Positions 21,903-32,151 are shown, counted from the stretch's first letter. The stretch is DNA of 64,000 bases from Ignavibacteriota bacterium (GCA_963701295.1 OY969585.1:3424001-3488000), one strand, 5' to 3'. Notes: generated from the letters alone by a model not told the origin. Program-made: numbers and translations.

Positions 21903-22060
21903 ACCTAACGGACCGGCGCTAAGCTGCGGCGCTGATAATTTTCAAAATACACAAAACGAAATGAGTTCATGCTGAATAATTTATTATTAAGAACAAAACC
22001 TCTGCACGCCATGCGTAACGTACCCAGCTGGCAACCGTCAGCTTGAGCGCCTGGTTAGGC
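21903..22060 (-). repeat. attC-like site (158 bp)
   Basis: acctaac...ctaagctg...cagcttgagcgcctggttaggc; the upstream gene's TAA lies within R''. Confidence 0.88.
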
Positions 22061-22528
22061 AGCCTGTACGTTCTTAGTAATAAATGTGACTAGTTGATCA
22101 CTTGTCGCATTACCAATCCATTGTGCTACACCAACCTCAATTACTGGTAACGCTCGGATACCTTTGTTAATAAGTGTTTCTGGTTTCAAAGTAACATCTA
22201 TTTCTTTCAGCTCGAACCCCATTTTATGTTGTAGTTCGGTAAGTCGACGTTTGACAATTGGACAGAAAGGACAACCGACACCTGTATAAAGGATGACTCT
22301 TGTGTTAACGTGTGGAATATTTTTCGGTGGAGTGTCTTCGACTGAACCATACCCCATCAATTGAGAAAGCGACGGAAAATACCGAATGTAGAGCCTGAGA
22401 AAAAGAGCGATAAATAATATCCAAAAACAAGCTTGAAGATAATCGCCTTTGATAACATAAAATATTAAGCCACATAGAAGTATAAACCAACTGCCATAGA
22501 TAAAAGAAATGTGACATTGTTGTTTCAT
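22055..22528 (-). CDS. Membrane-anchored glutaredoxin-like protein (first cassette of array A)
   Basis: Two N-terminal TM segments, CPFC motif and cis-Pro region GIRALPVI. Confidence 0.8.
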   Translation of the reverse strand: MKQQCHISFIYGSWFILLCGLIFYVIKGDYLQACFWILFIALFLRLYIRYFPSLSQLMGYGSVEDTPPKNIPHVNTRVILYTGVGCPFCPIVKRRLTELQHKMGFELKEIDVTLKPETLINKGIRALPVIEVGVAQWIGNATSDQLVTFITKNVQAA

Positions 22529-22558
22529 ATAAATATCCTCAAATAATAATCACAGGCT

Positions 22559-22616
22559 GCCTAACAATGATTAGACTGCATATTGCAGCCTAACTATTTC
22601 TCACTTCCCTTGTCAA
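22559..22616 (-). promoter_or_regulatory. attI-like entry site of array A with upstream Pc-like promoter
   Basis: Top strand TTGACA-N18-TAGGCT overlapping gttaggctgcaatatgcagtctaatcattGTTAGGC; no attC arms upstream. Confidence 0.5.
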
Positions 22617-22934
22617 TTCAGCGCTCTTCACCTTGTCTGGATAAAAAAGATTCGTCCTGTCGGCGTCTGGTGAAAACGAGATAAGTTAACTCTCCTCTCT
22701 TATCTTGTACAGTGCAAATATGCGGCATCCTCAACTCAAAATCAAGTGTTAATCGCTGCTATTTTTCTTCTGAAAACAAAAATTTTAGAAATCGATTTGC
22801 CATAGGTGACTGAAAAAAAATATCCCAAAAAATTCTGGCAGAACCACTTTGCCTTTAGGTTTAGATTGATTCCTATCCTATATCGAAGTAGAAGCTATTC
22901 CTGAAACTCTTGTAAGGCTTAAAAGCGGGTCCCA

Positions 22935-23150
22935 TATTCGACATTTCGCCATATTGACAATGTCAATTGGCAAGATCGATCTTGTCATTTGTCATTTTGC
23001 AATTCCCCTATAGATTTTGACAAGATGACAATATCATAATTTGCCATTTTGCCATTTCGCCAATCACCTATAGAACGTGGCAAAACTTCATGACAATATG
23101 ATATTGACATCGCCGTCAATTCTCTAAGGTGCTGGCAAGATGACAAGATG
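22935..23150. repeat. Cluster of 8-bp-period inverted repeats around CTATAG-type cores (origin/iteron-like)
   Basis: Examples: ttgccattttgccatttcgcca-atcacctatagaacg-tggcaaaa and ttgtcattttgcaa-ttcccctatagattt-tgacaagatgacaa. Confidence 0.65.
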
Positions 23151-23188
23151 CTAAAGAAAAGCGCAGCACGTCGCGCTCTTCTCTGTCG

Positions 23189-23655
23189 TCATAGATAGAC
23201 GACAGCTTTTTGTTGGAGGGATTGTCGGAGGGATGGAATGTTGCGGGTGTGTCTTGAAATGTCTTTCATCGAATACCCAGCGGTTATGTCATCGAGAAAT
23301 AATCGTTCCTCGGCAGTTAGAGATTCCAGAAAGTTATTTGTGATCGCATAATCTAACGGATTGATCTTGACCGGAAGCTGAAACTCTCCGAGTGTCATTG
23401 GCCTGTCGATGTAAACACGGTCGTGATTCCAAGCATCAAGTTCACTTTTGCCAACTTCTTTTGCGGAAAATGCTGATCTACGATTTAATTCTTTCGAACG
23501 AAAATGCATCATTGACTTCATAAGTCCTAGTGTGCAGCATTTGCCAAGCCTCTCTCCTTCTTTCCAAGCTATAGTAACAAGCTCTGATCTCTGGAATTTG
23601 TCTCGCGTAAACTGTTCGCTATAATGCCACAATCTTCGTATTCTTGTTCGCTCAT
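23189..23655 (-). CDS. Hypothetical protein with possible C-terminal HTH (probable 1-bp frameshift near 23610)
   Basis: RBS AAGGAG and ATG at 23655. One extra T joins MSEQEYEDCGIIANS to FTRDKFQ...; C-terminus LTAEERLFLDDITAGYSMKDIS resembles a sigma region 4/LuxR HTH. Confidence 0.6.
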
Positions 23656-24016
23656 AGGTATTCTCCTTTCATATATTCTTATTCCATAATAAAAACGGTA
23701 TAAGAGAAAGCGGATCAGCCGCTACCATGTGGCAAAAAGACTGCACGAAAATTTGAAAAAGTATTCCTTTTACTTCCAATTTGTAGTTGATTGAGGACAG
23801 GAGTGTCTTACTTTCTCTACGTAAAGAGGATGCTTCTCGTGAAATTGTCACAAAAGATCTTATCTCAAACCAATAAATACTGGCAAGGAGTTTGTGAATT
23901 CACGACACAGCATCACTATCAAATAACACAATGGGGAAATAAAAAAAGCTTCTAATTTGTAGCTTATGTGCCAGTCATGAACTGGTCATTTCCAAATAAA
24001 TCATAATGGAGGATTT

Positions 24017-24568
24017 ATGAAAGCCATATCTGTTATCGTTATTGTCTTTTTATCATTTATAGAAATTCAAGCTCAAGATCAAATCAAAAAAGGTGTATAT
24101 ACACTTAGTGGAACACTAAGCTACTATTCAACAAGCGTTAAGGACGACGGTTCTGGCTTTGACGAAACGGATGTTATGCTTGCACCAACCGATTCATATT
24201 TTATTATTGACCAGGTCGAATTGTCATTCGGAGTAGAGTATGAAAGATCTATATCAAAAATCAACAATTCTTCACAGGAATGGAAGTACACGCGTCCTGG
24301 GTTAGAATTGGGAGCAAGGTTCTATCTTCCATGCGGAAAGGTAGCTCCTTTTATCGGAGCTGATGGACAAGTAAGTTGGACTTCTTTTAATGGACAATCC
24401 TACTCATCACCATCGACTTCTTATGGTTTTACCGGCGGGTTAGAAGTATTTATTTCCGGAGCTGCGGCAATAGAACCTTCTATGAGTTATAATATTTATC
24501 ATTCTATGGATCAACACTCCGAAAATCAATTTCGTATCGGTATTGGTGTGAAATATTTTATATTATAA
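24017..24568 (+). CDS. Outer membrane beta-barrel protein
   Basis: Signal peptide, amphipathic beta strands, C-terminal IGIGVKYF. Confidence 0.8.
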   Translation: MKAISVIVIVFLSFIEIQAQDQIKKGVYTLSGTLSYYSTSVKDDGSGFDETDVMLAPTDSYFIIDQVELSFGVEYERSISKINNSSQEWKYTRPGLELGARFYLPCGKVAPFIGADGQVSWTSFNGQSYSSPSTSYGFTGGLEVFISGAAAIEPSMSYNIYHSMDQHSENQFRIGIGVKYFIL

Positions 24569-24661
24569 TATATCACGATGGTCAGTTAATCAGTGAAGTC
24601 TGTAGTAGAAATAAATTTAAAGAACACGACAAATTAGTTATATCTTTTGCAAAATTGCAAC

Positions 24662-24768
24662 ATCAAGCCCCGTCATCGATGGGGCTTTTTTATTGCTCGA
24701 ACCAGAAGCGGTGATGGTTGCCGCGTTTTTTTATCTTGAAATTCAAACAAATAAAGTGTAGAGTTCCG
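24662..24768 (+). repeat. Tandem terminators plus promoter module (family B, copy 1)
   Basis: AAGCCCCGTCATCGATGGGGCTTTTTT, then TCGAACCAGAAGCGGTGATGGTTGCCGCGTTTTTTT, then TTGAAA-N17-TAGAGT. Confidence 0.7.
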
Positions 24769-24805
24769 GTATCCAATATATGAGTTAGCAGACGAAAGGA
24801 TATTT

Positions 24806-25237
24806 ATGGACAGAATCATAGTATTTATCTTGACGTGTAGTCTTGGTAGTATAATTGGATTGATATGGTCTGTAAGAAATCTTTGGCTAGGTATACGAAG
24901 TCAGTATTGGGACCGATTTGACTGTGAAATTATTGAGTCTCGATTAAGCCTGTTCCCTTTTAAGTTTTATCCGTTCATTTCCTATCAATACAAAATTGAT
25001 GGTATACCCTGCAAAGGGAAGAGAATAAAATATGGAGGCGTAAGGCAAGGTTATTTCAGAGCAGGTGCTTATTGTGATCAATATATTAAAGGGGAAACAT
25101 ATCAGGTAAGTGTTGACCCAAATAATTTCAAAAGAAGTGTCTTAGAACCCGGTCCTTCTTCGCAAATCTATGGGGCGATTATCCTTTGTATACTTATCGG
25201 ATTAATAGGTTTAAATGGATTATTAACTTACCGATAG
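24806..25237 (+). CDS. DUF3592-like membrane protein
   Basis: TM, then W...IIES...YQYKIDG...VSVDPNN..SVLE, then TM. Confidence 0.75.
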   Translation: MDRIIVFILTCSLGSIIGLIWSVRNLWLGIRSQYWDRFDCEIIESRLSLFPFKFYPFISYQYKIDGIPCKGKRIKYGGVRQGYFRAGAYCDQYIKGETYQVSVDPNNFKRSVLEPGPSSQIYGAIILCILIGLIGLNGLLTYR

Positions 25238-25351
25238 ACTAGTTTATCAATTCAATCTGCTGCCGCCTAACTACCGCTCAATCGGCAAGATTACACATCG
25301 GATGTGTCGTTCCAGAATGACGATGTAAGAGCAATTTGTTCGAGTTTGTTC

Positions 25352-25379
25352 ATTGCTCGAACCAGAAGTGGTGATAGTT
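25352..25379 (+). repeat. Family B partial copy
   Basis: attgctcgaaccagaagtggtgatagtt. Confidence 0.6.
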
Positions 25380-25551
25380 AAATCAAGGGGAAGAGTTCTT
25401 GCTTTTGTGTTGAAGAAGAAACATATTAGCTTTTTAGTTTTCACCCATCGCCAACGGAAACCTTTTTGTGAAACATTCAATTGGTTGAAATGTTTAGACG
25501 GGCGTCTTCATGCACAATGAAGTGTATAGTAAATTATACGAAATAATTACA

Positions 25552-25618
25552 AATTGTCGACCTTTTATGCCTAATAGTCATGAATTGTCGACTCAGTCGA
25601 CCTAATCAGTAGTTAGGC
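25552..25618 (+). promoter_or_regulatory. attI-like entry site of array B
   Basis: Direct repeat AATTGTCGAC (25552, 25583), then cctaatcagtaGTTAGGC. The core extension gttaggcgggcaac pairs with the cassette end gttgccagctaac. Confidence 0.5.
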
Positions 25619-25650
25619 GGGCAACGAATAACATAACAAGGACAACCTCA

Positions 25651-26235
25651 ATGAAGAATATCGAAACCCTAAAGCAAGCGATAATTCGTTGTTTTACCAT
25701 CTCTGGATTGATAATCGCAATCGCTTTTTTAATTTATCGGGCTGAAGTTTTTACTCCAACAATGTGGCCATTCCAATTTCTTGTTTCAGGCATTACGATA
25801 GGGATAGCATTTACTACATTTCGAGAAAAGAATTATTGAGGAGGTCTTGCATTATTATTACTTTGGTACCTTGTTCTTACCATCCCAACTTCGCAAGGCA
25901 ATTCTTGGATATTCATTCTAGAAGGTGTGTATACAGTCATCATATCTGCAGCAGTCTATTTATACATTCATATTGCTGGGAAATCATTCATAAAAAATGA
26001 AATATCCCGAATTGTCACTTCTACTTTAGTCATCGGGATATTCAACTCTCTGAATATTCTTGTCTTAAGTCTATATACTCTTCAATCGCTATTTAGCCAT
26101 TTTCCAAGCATAGTAGATGCAATGTTTCTGAATTTGAAGATTGGAGCAATGCTCGGTTTGTTTATGGGAGTAGGGATTGAGTTGGCAGATTATCTAATCG
26201 ATGCATTGTACAAGGGCAAGGACGTTGCCAGCTAA
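25651..26235 (+). pseudogene. Multi-TM membrane protein cassette interrupted by in-frame TGA at 25837
   Basis: ORFs 25651-25839 and 25927-26235 are in the same frame with hydrophobic sequence on both sides; final TAA lies in the attC R'' box. Confidence 0.7.
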
Positions 26236-26416
26236 CCAGCAACTCAAGCTGACAGAATGAGCGCCCGCCCAAAGATAAAGCATGGCGGGTAAATGGGTAC
26301 GTTAAGCATGGCGTGCAAAGGTTTTGTTTAATTTGAAAGTTGGGTATAATGAACTTGTTTCGTTGGGTACATTTTGAAACTTATCAACGCCGCAGCTTAG
26401 TTGCCGTCCGTTAGTT
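26230..26416 (+). repeat. attC-like site (187 bp), opposite orientation to array A
   Basis: AGCTAAC-cagca-ACTCAAGC-TGAC...CCGCA-GCTTAGT-tgccgtcc-GTTAGTT. Confidence 0.88.
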
Positions 26417-26445
26417 GCAATTGCCCGTTCTCAGGAGGAACAAGT

Positions 26446-26814
26446 ATGACCGTCACGTATCATTGCTTTCGAATTCTCTACTCTATTGGCTGCCATCGTT
26501 GTTCTTTGGAGCAGCGTACCCACCACGCAGACCAAGAATGGAGGGATAAGCCCAAGAAAGTCAAGACAGTATTAACAGTTGTTCTGCTTCTGGTTGTATG
26601 GAATAATCAATCAAACTCCCAAGCTAAGAATTGCTATGTAGATGCCACCGGCGGATCGGATGCAAACAACGGCTTATCACCTTCATCAGCATGGAAGACC
26701 ATTGATAGGGTCAACGCGCCAACGTTTGCACCGGGGGATTCCATTCTGTTTAAAAGAGGAGAAACATTCAAAGGTGACGGCGTTTCGGGCCACAGGGGGG
26801 GCAACTACAACTAG
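26446..26814 (+). pseudogene. Truncated right-handed beta-helix (pectate-lyase-like) protein cassette
   Basis: RBS AGGAGG; YVDATGGSDANNGLSPSSAWKTIDRVN...PGDSILFKRG, then an abrupt stop at a degenerate R'' (gggcaactacaactagc). Confidence 0.65.
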
Positions 26815-27027
26815 CAAACGGCAACACGACGCTCTAGTGTTTGAAAGGATATTAAAGATATTGCTCGATCCCGCTTAGCTCCACAAAGTACCTCTTTGAT
26901 ATATTTTTTTAAAGGAGGCTTTTTTATAACTTGATATGTTCTTATCAATTCCGAGAACTAATAAAGAGCTTCCATATCGAATAAAATGAACACATCCTCA
27001 CTCGCGAGTGCAGGCTGTACCCGAATG

Positions 27028-28770
27028 TTATTTCATTAAAATTATCTTGCACGATTTTGTTTCGTATGGCGCTGTTAGTCGGCAAATATATATTCCACTC
27101 GAAAGTGCCCGACTGTTTTCATCCCGGCAATTCCATCGCGCGATATGTTCTCCATTTTTTTCGACGTTGTTGATCAATCCGCACACCTTTTGTCCGATTA
27201 CATTATAGATGTCTATCTCAACTTGTTCAGTTACTGGAAGTGTATAACGTATGATTATATCCGAAGTGCTGGCCGGATAGGGATTCGGTCCAGATGATAA
27301 ACTCAGGCGTTGATTGTTTTCATGCGAATTCGACACTGAGACAGCATGTACAAATTCACCATCAATCTGAATCTCCCAGAGAGCATATCCATATGATGTA
27401 CCCCGTCTGTTTCCGTGCCACCGTACATATCGTGCTTCGGTAGGCGGGACAGAAAGAAATTCAGTACCACCGTTGCCGCTTGTTGTCGTATAGATTGTCG
27501 TCCATGTCTGCTTATCGGAAGAAACATCAATGGTATAAGCCAATCCATAGGATGTTCCCCAGAAAAGAGTAATATGTTTGATCCGATAAATTCCCTGTAA
27601 ATCAACCGAAATCCACTGCGGATCGCTAGAGGGGGTTGTCCATCTGGTTGAAAAATCTCCGTCGAAAACATTCGACGCCTTTAGTGAATTGTCGGCGAGT
27701 GCTGAATATTCGCATGGCTTGTTAAGAGCGATATTTGGCAGCAGTACATCGATCTTTTTAAAGTTCGAAGAAATTTCCGTTGTTCCGTCTTCGAAGAATG
27801 CTTTCGCGTGGATGAGATACTCGTTTTGAGTCAGATTGTTCACAGTAATTGTATAAGGAGGTGTAGATGATTCTCCAATTTTTATTGAGTCGGAAAAATA
27901 TTCAATCCTTGTCACGGGAGTATCCGATACGACGCTTGCGTTTAATTGAATAGTTGCAGGAGTTTCGTAAAATAAATTCACTGGCGAAGTTAATAGTACC
28001 TTCTTCTCCCGTTGGGGATGGTTATAGAAAAAATCGACTACGAGATCTGTGCAATTGATCGGATAATTCAACCATGTATGACCGCCGTGAGCATACGTGA
28101 CGAACTCAACATCTGCGCCGGTTTCAACGGCCGGCCATAGTTGAGCGATTGTCCCACCATAGTTGTACACTGTGTCTGGTGTGGCCGAACATTGGTTTTT
28201 TTGCCGCCAGGCAGCCAATCCGGCTTGATCCGGGCTGTAGGGAACAGTGGCATCATCCACGGCATGAATTGCAAGAACTGGTTTTGGTGAAGGAATTGCC
28301 TGACTGGATCCTGTCCAGTATCCCGCTACCGGCGCGATTGCCGCAATTATTTCCGGTAATTGAGCTCCCAGCGTGTAACAAAAAAATGCTCCATCCGAAT
28401 GTCCGGTTACATAGACACGTTTTGAGTCGATATGAAACTTTTTCTGGAGAGTATCCAGGAGAACAGAGACGAAATCAATGTCATTGTCGTGGGAGTTCCA
28501 TCCTCCGCCAACGACAGCACTGGGATAAACAACGAAATAGTTCATAACTTCCGATCGTTCATTGAATCCGCTTTTAAACAATGCGCTGTCCGTGCCGCTC
28601 AATCCGTGAAAAACAAAAATTAATGGATACGATGTAGAACCGTCGTATGACGCGGGCACATGGACGAGATATGCTCTATTGTATCCGTTGTGCATCATGA
28701 ATTGTTCCTGGGCTGCCAGATGGTAGAAGGAGAGACATAAAACCAAACAACTCAAAATTATTTTCATCAC
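27028..28770 (-). CDS. Secreted esterase (PHB-depolymerase/CE1-like) + Ig-like + F5/8 type C domain + T9SS-like CTD
   Basis: PLIFVFHG, GHSDG nucleophile, HAVDD, GGHTW; FDGDFSTRW..QWISVDL discoidin; CTD YNVIGQKV..GIYICRL. Confidence 0.85.
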   Translation of the reverse strand: MMKIILSCLVLCLSFYHLAAQEQFMMHNGYNRAYLVHVPASYDGSTSYPLIFVFHGLSGTDSALFKSGFNERSEVMNYFVVYPSAVVGGGWNSHDNDIDFVSVLLDTLQKKFHIDSKRVYVTGHSDGAFFCYTLGAQLPEIIAAIAPVAGYWTGSSQAIPSPKPVLAIHAVDDATVPYSPDQAGLAAWRQKNQCSATPDTVYNYGGTIAQLWPAVETGADVEFVTYAHGGHTWLNYPINCTDLVVDFFYNHPQREKKVLLTSPVNLFYETPATIQLNASVVSDTPVTRIEYFSDSIKIGESSTPPYTITVNNLTQNEYLIHAKAFFEDGTTEISSNFKKIDVLLPNIALNKPCEYSALADNSLKASNVFDGDFSTRWTTPSSDPQWISVDLQGIYRIKHITLFWGTSYGLAYTIDVSSDKQTWTTIYTTTSGNGGTEFLSVPPTEARYVRWHGNRRGTSYGYALWEIQIDGEFVHAVSVSNSHENNQRLSLSSGPNPYPASTSDIIIRYTLPVTEQVEIDIYNVIGQKVCGLINNVEKNGEHIARWNCRDENSRALSSGIYICRLTAPYETKSCKIILMK

Positions 28771-28890
28771 TTTTCCTTTTGTTCTTCGTATTAACTTTTC
28801 TATAATTTACTATATTTTTTAAATGATTTTTATAGCAGCACTTAATTTTATCCTCACATTTCTAACATTCCAAATCCTCATTAGCTCCAC

Positions 28891-28917
28891 AAAAAAGGCG
28901 CTCAATGAGCGCCTTTT
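28891..28917. terminator. Bidirectional intrinsic terminator
   Basis: AAAAAAGGCGCTCAATGAGCGCCTTTT hairpin flanked by A and T tracts. Confidence 0.65.
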
Positions 28918-29103
28918 GCTTTTCGTCCCCAGATACAATCTACTATATTATTGTGACTTCGATACGTCCAAATCTATAAAACGATTTGGACTATTCAGTC
29001 ATCGGCTTTTAGGTAAGATCAGTGAGTAGTGCCTATTTTATCGGCAAATATCGAACCGATAACTTTGCTCTGAATATTCATAATACCAATTCTTCCCAAT
29101 TTT

Positions 29104-29565
29104 TCATTTCATCAAGCACATCTTCATTGCTTGCGAATGATTGCCGGTTTTAATCCTGCAGAGATACATACCGCAGATAAGTCCGGAGCCGTTGAATTCT
29201 TGATTAATAGGTAGAGTTTTAATTTTGCCACCTTCATAAATTCGACTTGGCGGATGCAAGGCATCTAATCGATATACCTTTACAAGAAGTGTTTCATTTG
29301 CCGACCATTTGAATCCTTTCAAATCAACCGTGAGAGTATCTTTGATAGGTTGCTCAATGACCATTCGAGCTTTTTTAGTCTCAATGTCATATATCCATAA
29401 AAGACGATGATTATCTGAGTATAACCATACTGGAATTGCTAAATAGCGACCGTTAGGAGAAAAAAAAAGCATCATAAAGGACTTCTCGAATTCGATCCTT
29501 GCCGTAAATATTAGCATAGAAATCGCACATAAGTTCAGAAACTGGTTCGGCATGTGCACAACCAT
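29104..29565 (-). pseudogene. Chimeric gene remnant (beta-propeller-like fragment fused to the tail of a T9SS CTD)
   Basis: FSPNGRYLA..LWIYDIET followed by GMYLCRIKTG..KMCLMK; no signal peptide. Confidence 0.5.
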
Positions 29566-29669
29566 CGTAACGTGTAATTATTGAATCCTGAGATTTTGCG
29601 CAAGAAAATAAAAAAAGATTATTACAAATAATAATTCATTGTGCATTAATAGATTTCCTTATAAATGCC

Positions 29670-29710
29670 AACTAACGGATGACGGCTAAGCTGCCGCCTT
29701 GATAATTTTC
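29670..29710 (-). repeat. Half attC (L'-R' only)
   Basis: aactaacggatgacggctaagctgccgccttgataattttc; the R''/L'' arm is absent and the site nearly abuts the stop of the upstream gene. Confidence 0.75.
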
Positions 29711-29721
29711 ATATTATAAGT

Positions 29722-32151
29722 TCATTTCATCAAAATCAGTTTCTTTGTTTCTGCATAGGAACCAGCTTGCAGTCGATAGAAATATATTCCACTTGCTAAA
29801 TTATTTGTATTCCATTGTTTTGTGTAATTTCCTGCCGACATTTCTTCAGAGACAATGGTTGCCATTTCTCTACCTAACAGATCAAATATTTTCAATGATA
29901 CAAACGATCTCAATGGAAGAGTAAATGAAATAGTTGTGGCTGGATTAATCGGGTTGGGGTAGTTTTGCCCGAGGTTGAATGTTTTCGGTATTATGATTGA
30001 TGCGTTTTCAATTCCGGTGCGTGTGTAATCGGACCCATCATACGGAATCAGATCCGTTACCCCAGTCATATTATTTCTCGGAATGAACTGTAGTTTGTTG
30101 TTCGCCAGGAATTTGACCGTACCAAGATATTTTGGTGTATTATAAACGGAATCTCGTAAAACCGCGGCCCATTGCACCGTTGCCCGCCTGCCATTGCCAT
30201 CGTTGTCGCTCTGATTAATTGCCATACCGAAAATATTATTGACTGAAGGTATTATTGCCTCATTGCCACTATTGATGGCTGACCAGTTGACTGCTAGTTC
30301 TAATGCATATCCTCCAGGAATGATTCTTCGTGCCCACTGCTTCAGTGAATCGGGTACGCTATTCAGATTGTCCGCAGCAACTACTCCTGGCGTAGACATG
30401 CCCAGTGCTGTTAAACGTGTACTCCATATCGAATTTGTCATACTATCTGTCGGCTGTGGATCGATTTTGAGTTCGAGGCAATCATTGAACCATACAGTAG
30501 CGGAATTTCCAGAAAGAATGTTGTCCTTGACCTCTTCGTAGAGATAGAACCATTGGTCGTCCCATGCCGTCCATATCTTTGCCGAAAGATCGGCATCGTT
30601 TACCGGGGCGCCATTGTTGTTGTATGCATAAGAACGGATCTGAAGATAGCCGTCGTTAGGACCGGTTAATGCATTATAGAATGTATCTTTCAATCCATCG
30701 ATCACAATGGGGGCACTGTTCATGCTTTCAAAATTACCATGAACCAGAAACTCCCACAATGAATATTGATATGTTGTCCCCCGTTTAGTTCCGTGCATTC
30801 TCACGTAATGAGCATCAACCGGAGGGAAAGATATATATTCAGTGCCTCCATTTCCCGAAGTAGTGCCGTAAACTGTTGTCCAATTATTATTATCTTCCGA
30901 GACGTCGATGGTATAGGCAAGTGCATACGATGTTTCCCAGAAGAGCGTAACGCCGGTGATTTTATAAATTCCCTGAAGGTCTATGGAAATCCACTGAGGA
31001 TCAGAGCCCTCACTTGACCAACGCGATGTGAAATCACCGTCAAAGGCATATTGTGCAAAAAGGTTAGGAATAATAGAAAAAATGCTGGAACTGTTGGTTG
31101 GTTTATGAAGAGCAACACTCGGCAGAATAACATGGACTTTTTTCAGATTTGATGATACCATGCTCGTTCCATCGGCAAAAGAAGCTTTTGCAAAGAGTAT
31201 GTAATCGTTGGGCTGAACTTTATTCCAGAGAAATGTATAAGGCGCAATAGAGCTTTCGGATAGTTTATCCGCGTTTGCATAAAACTCAACTTTTGTTACT
31301 GCTGTATCCGACTCGATTTCTGCGCTCAATTGGATGTCTGGATTAGCATTATAAAATGTGATTACCGGTGAGGTTAACGTTACTTTCGATTTTTGTTTAG
31401 GGTGTGTCAAGAAAAAATCGACGATAAGATCGGTGCAATGTAGAGGGTAAATAAACCACGCATGCCCCCCGTGACTATAAACGTACAGCACAACATCAGC
31501 GCCAGTTCCCGGGGCCGTCCATTCTCGACCAACAACTCCGTTTGAATTATAAAGTGTATCTGCTTTATTCGAACATTTATTCTCGTTTCTCCAATGAGTC
31601 AGGATTGTATCAACACCCGATGTACCCCCGTACGCAACCATAGGATCATCTATGGCATGAATATGGATGATGGGCATCGGTGAAGAAATACTACTTATCA
31701 GACTGCTTTTTAATAATCCTGCAACGGGAGCTATTGCACAAATTTTTGTCGGCAATTTAACAGCCAGGGTATAGCATAAGAATGCACCCAACGAATGACC
31801 GGTAGCATAAACCCTCGTGGTATCGATATTATAATTCGCTTTTAGGGTATCAATTAATTCGGAAATAAAATTAACGTCCACATTGCCCTCGAGATCCCAT
31901 ACTCCACCGGATCCTCTCGGATAAACTGCAATGTAACCCATGATTTCAGCCCGTTCATTGAATCCATTTTTGTAAAGTGTGCTGTCGTTTCCTCCGCTTC
32001 CATGAAGCACAATTATGAGCGGATATGCTGATGAACCATCATAGCACTTAGGAACATAGAGAAGGTAAGATCTATTATTGATAAAATGCTCCTGCGCCAA
32101 AAGCTGGGAGAAGGAGAGGTAAGTTACAAGAATGATTAAAATAGTTTTCAT
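29722..32151 (-). CDS. Secreted esterase + Ig-like + F5/8 type C + CBM9-like domain + T9SS CTD (cassette)
   Basis: GHSLG, HAIDD, GGHAW; discoidin motif; DLSAKIWTAWDDQWFYL..VKD CBM9-like region; CTD NYPNPINP..KKLILMK. Paralog of 27028-28770. Confidence 0.85.
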   Translation of the reverse strand: MKTILIILVTYLSFSQLLAQEHFINNRSYLLYVPKCYDGSSAYPLIIVLHGSGGNDSTLYKNGFNERAEIMGYIAVYPRGSGGVWDLEGNVDVNFISELIDTLKANYNIDTTRVYATGHSLGAFLCYTLAVKLPTKICAIAPVAGLLKSSLISSISSPMPIIHIHAIDDPMVAYGGTSGVDTILTHWRNENKCSNKADTLYNSNGVVGREWTAPGTGADVVLYVYSHGGHAWFIYPLHCTDLIVDFFLTHPKQKSKVTLTSPVITFYNANPDIQLSAEIESDTAVTKVEFYANADKLSESSIAPYTFLWNKVQPNDYILFAKASFADGTSMVSSNLKKVHVILPSVALHKPTNSSSIFSIIPNLFAQYAFDGDFTSRWSSEGSDPQWISIDLQGIYKITGVTLFWETSYALAYTIDVSEDNNNWTTVYGTTSGNGGTEYISFPPVDAHYVRMHGTKRGTTYQYSLWEFLVHGNFESMNSAPIVIDGLKDTFYNALTGPNDGYLQIRSYAYNNNGAPVNDADLSAKIWTAWDDQWFYLYEEVKDNILSGNSATVWFNDCLELKIDPQPTDSMTNSIWSTRLTALGMSTPGVVAADNLNSVPDSLKQWARRIIPGGYALELAVNWSAINSGNEAIIPSVNNIFGMAINQSDNDGNGRRATVQWAAVLRDSVYNTPKYLGTVKFLANNKLQFIPRNNMTGVTDLIPYDGSDYTRTGIENASIIIPKTFNLGQNYPNPINPATTISFTLPLRSFVSLKIFDLLGREMATIVSEEMSAGNYTKQWNTNNLASGIYFYRLQAGSYAETKKLILMK

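Noticed and set aside
25837-25839. TGA recoding (selenocysteine or genetic code 4/25)
   Set aside because: TGA ends many intact genes here (e.g. tsaB, tsaE, lptF), and the context is not a redox motif.
27028-32151. Diversity-generating retroelement template/variable repeat pair
   Set aside because: No reverse transcriptase in the window, and the similarity is protein-level paralogy rather than adenine-specific mismatches.
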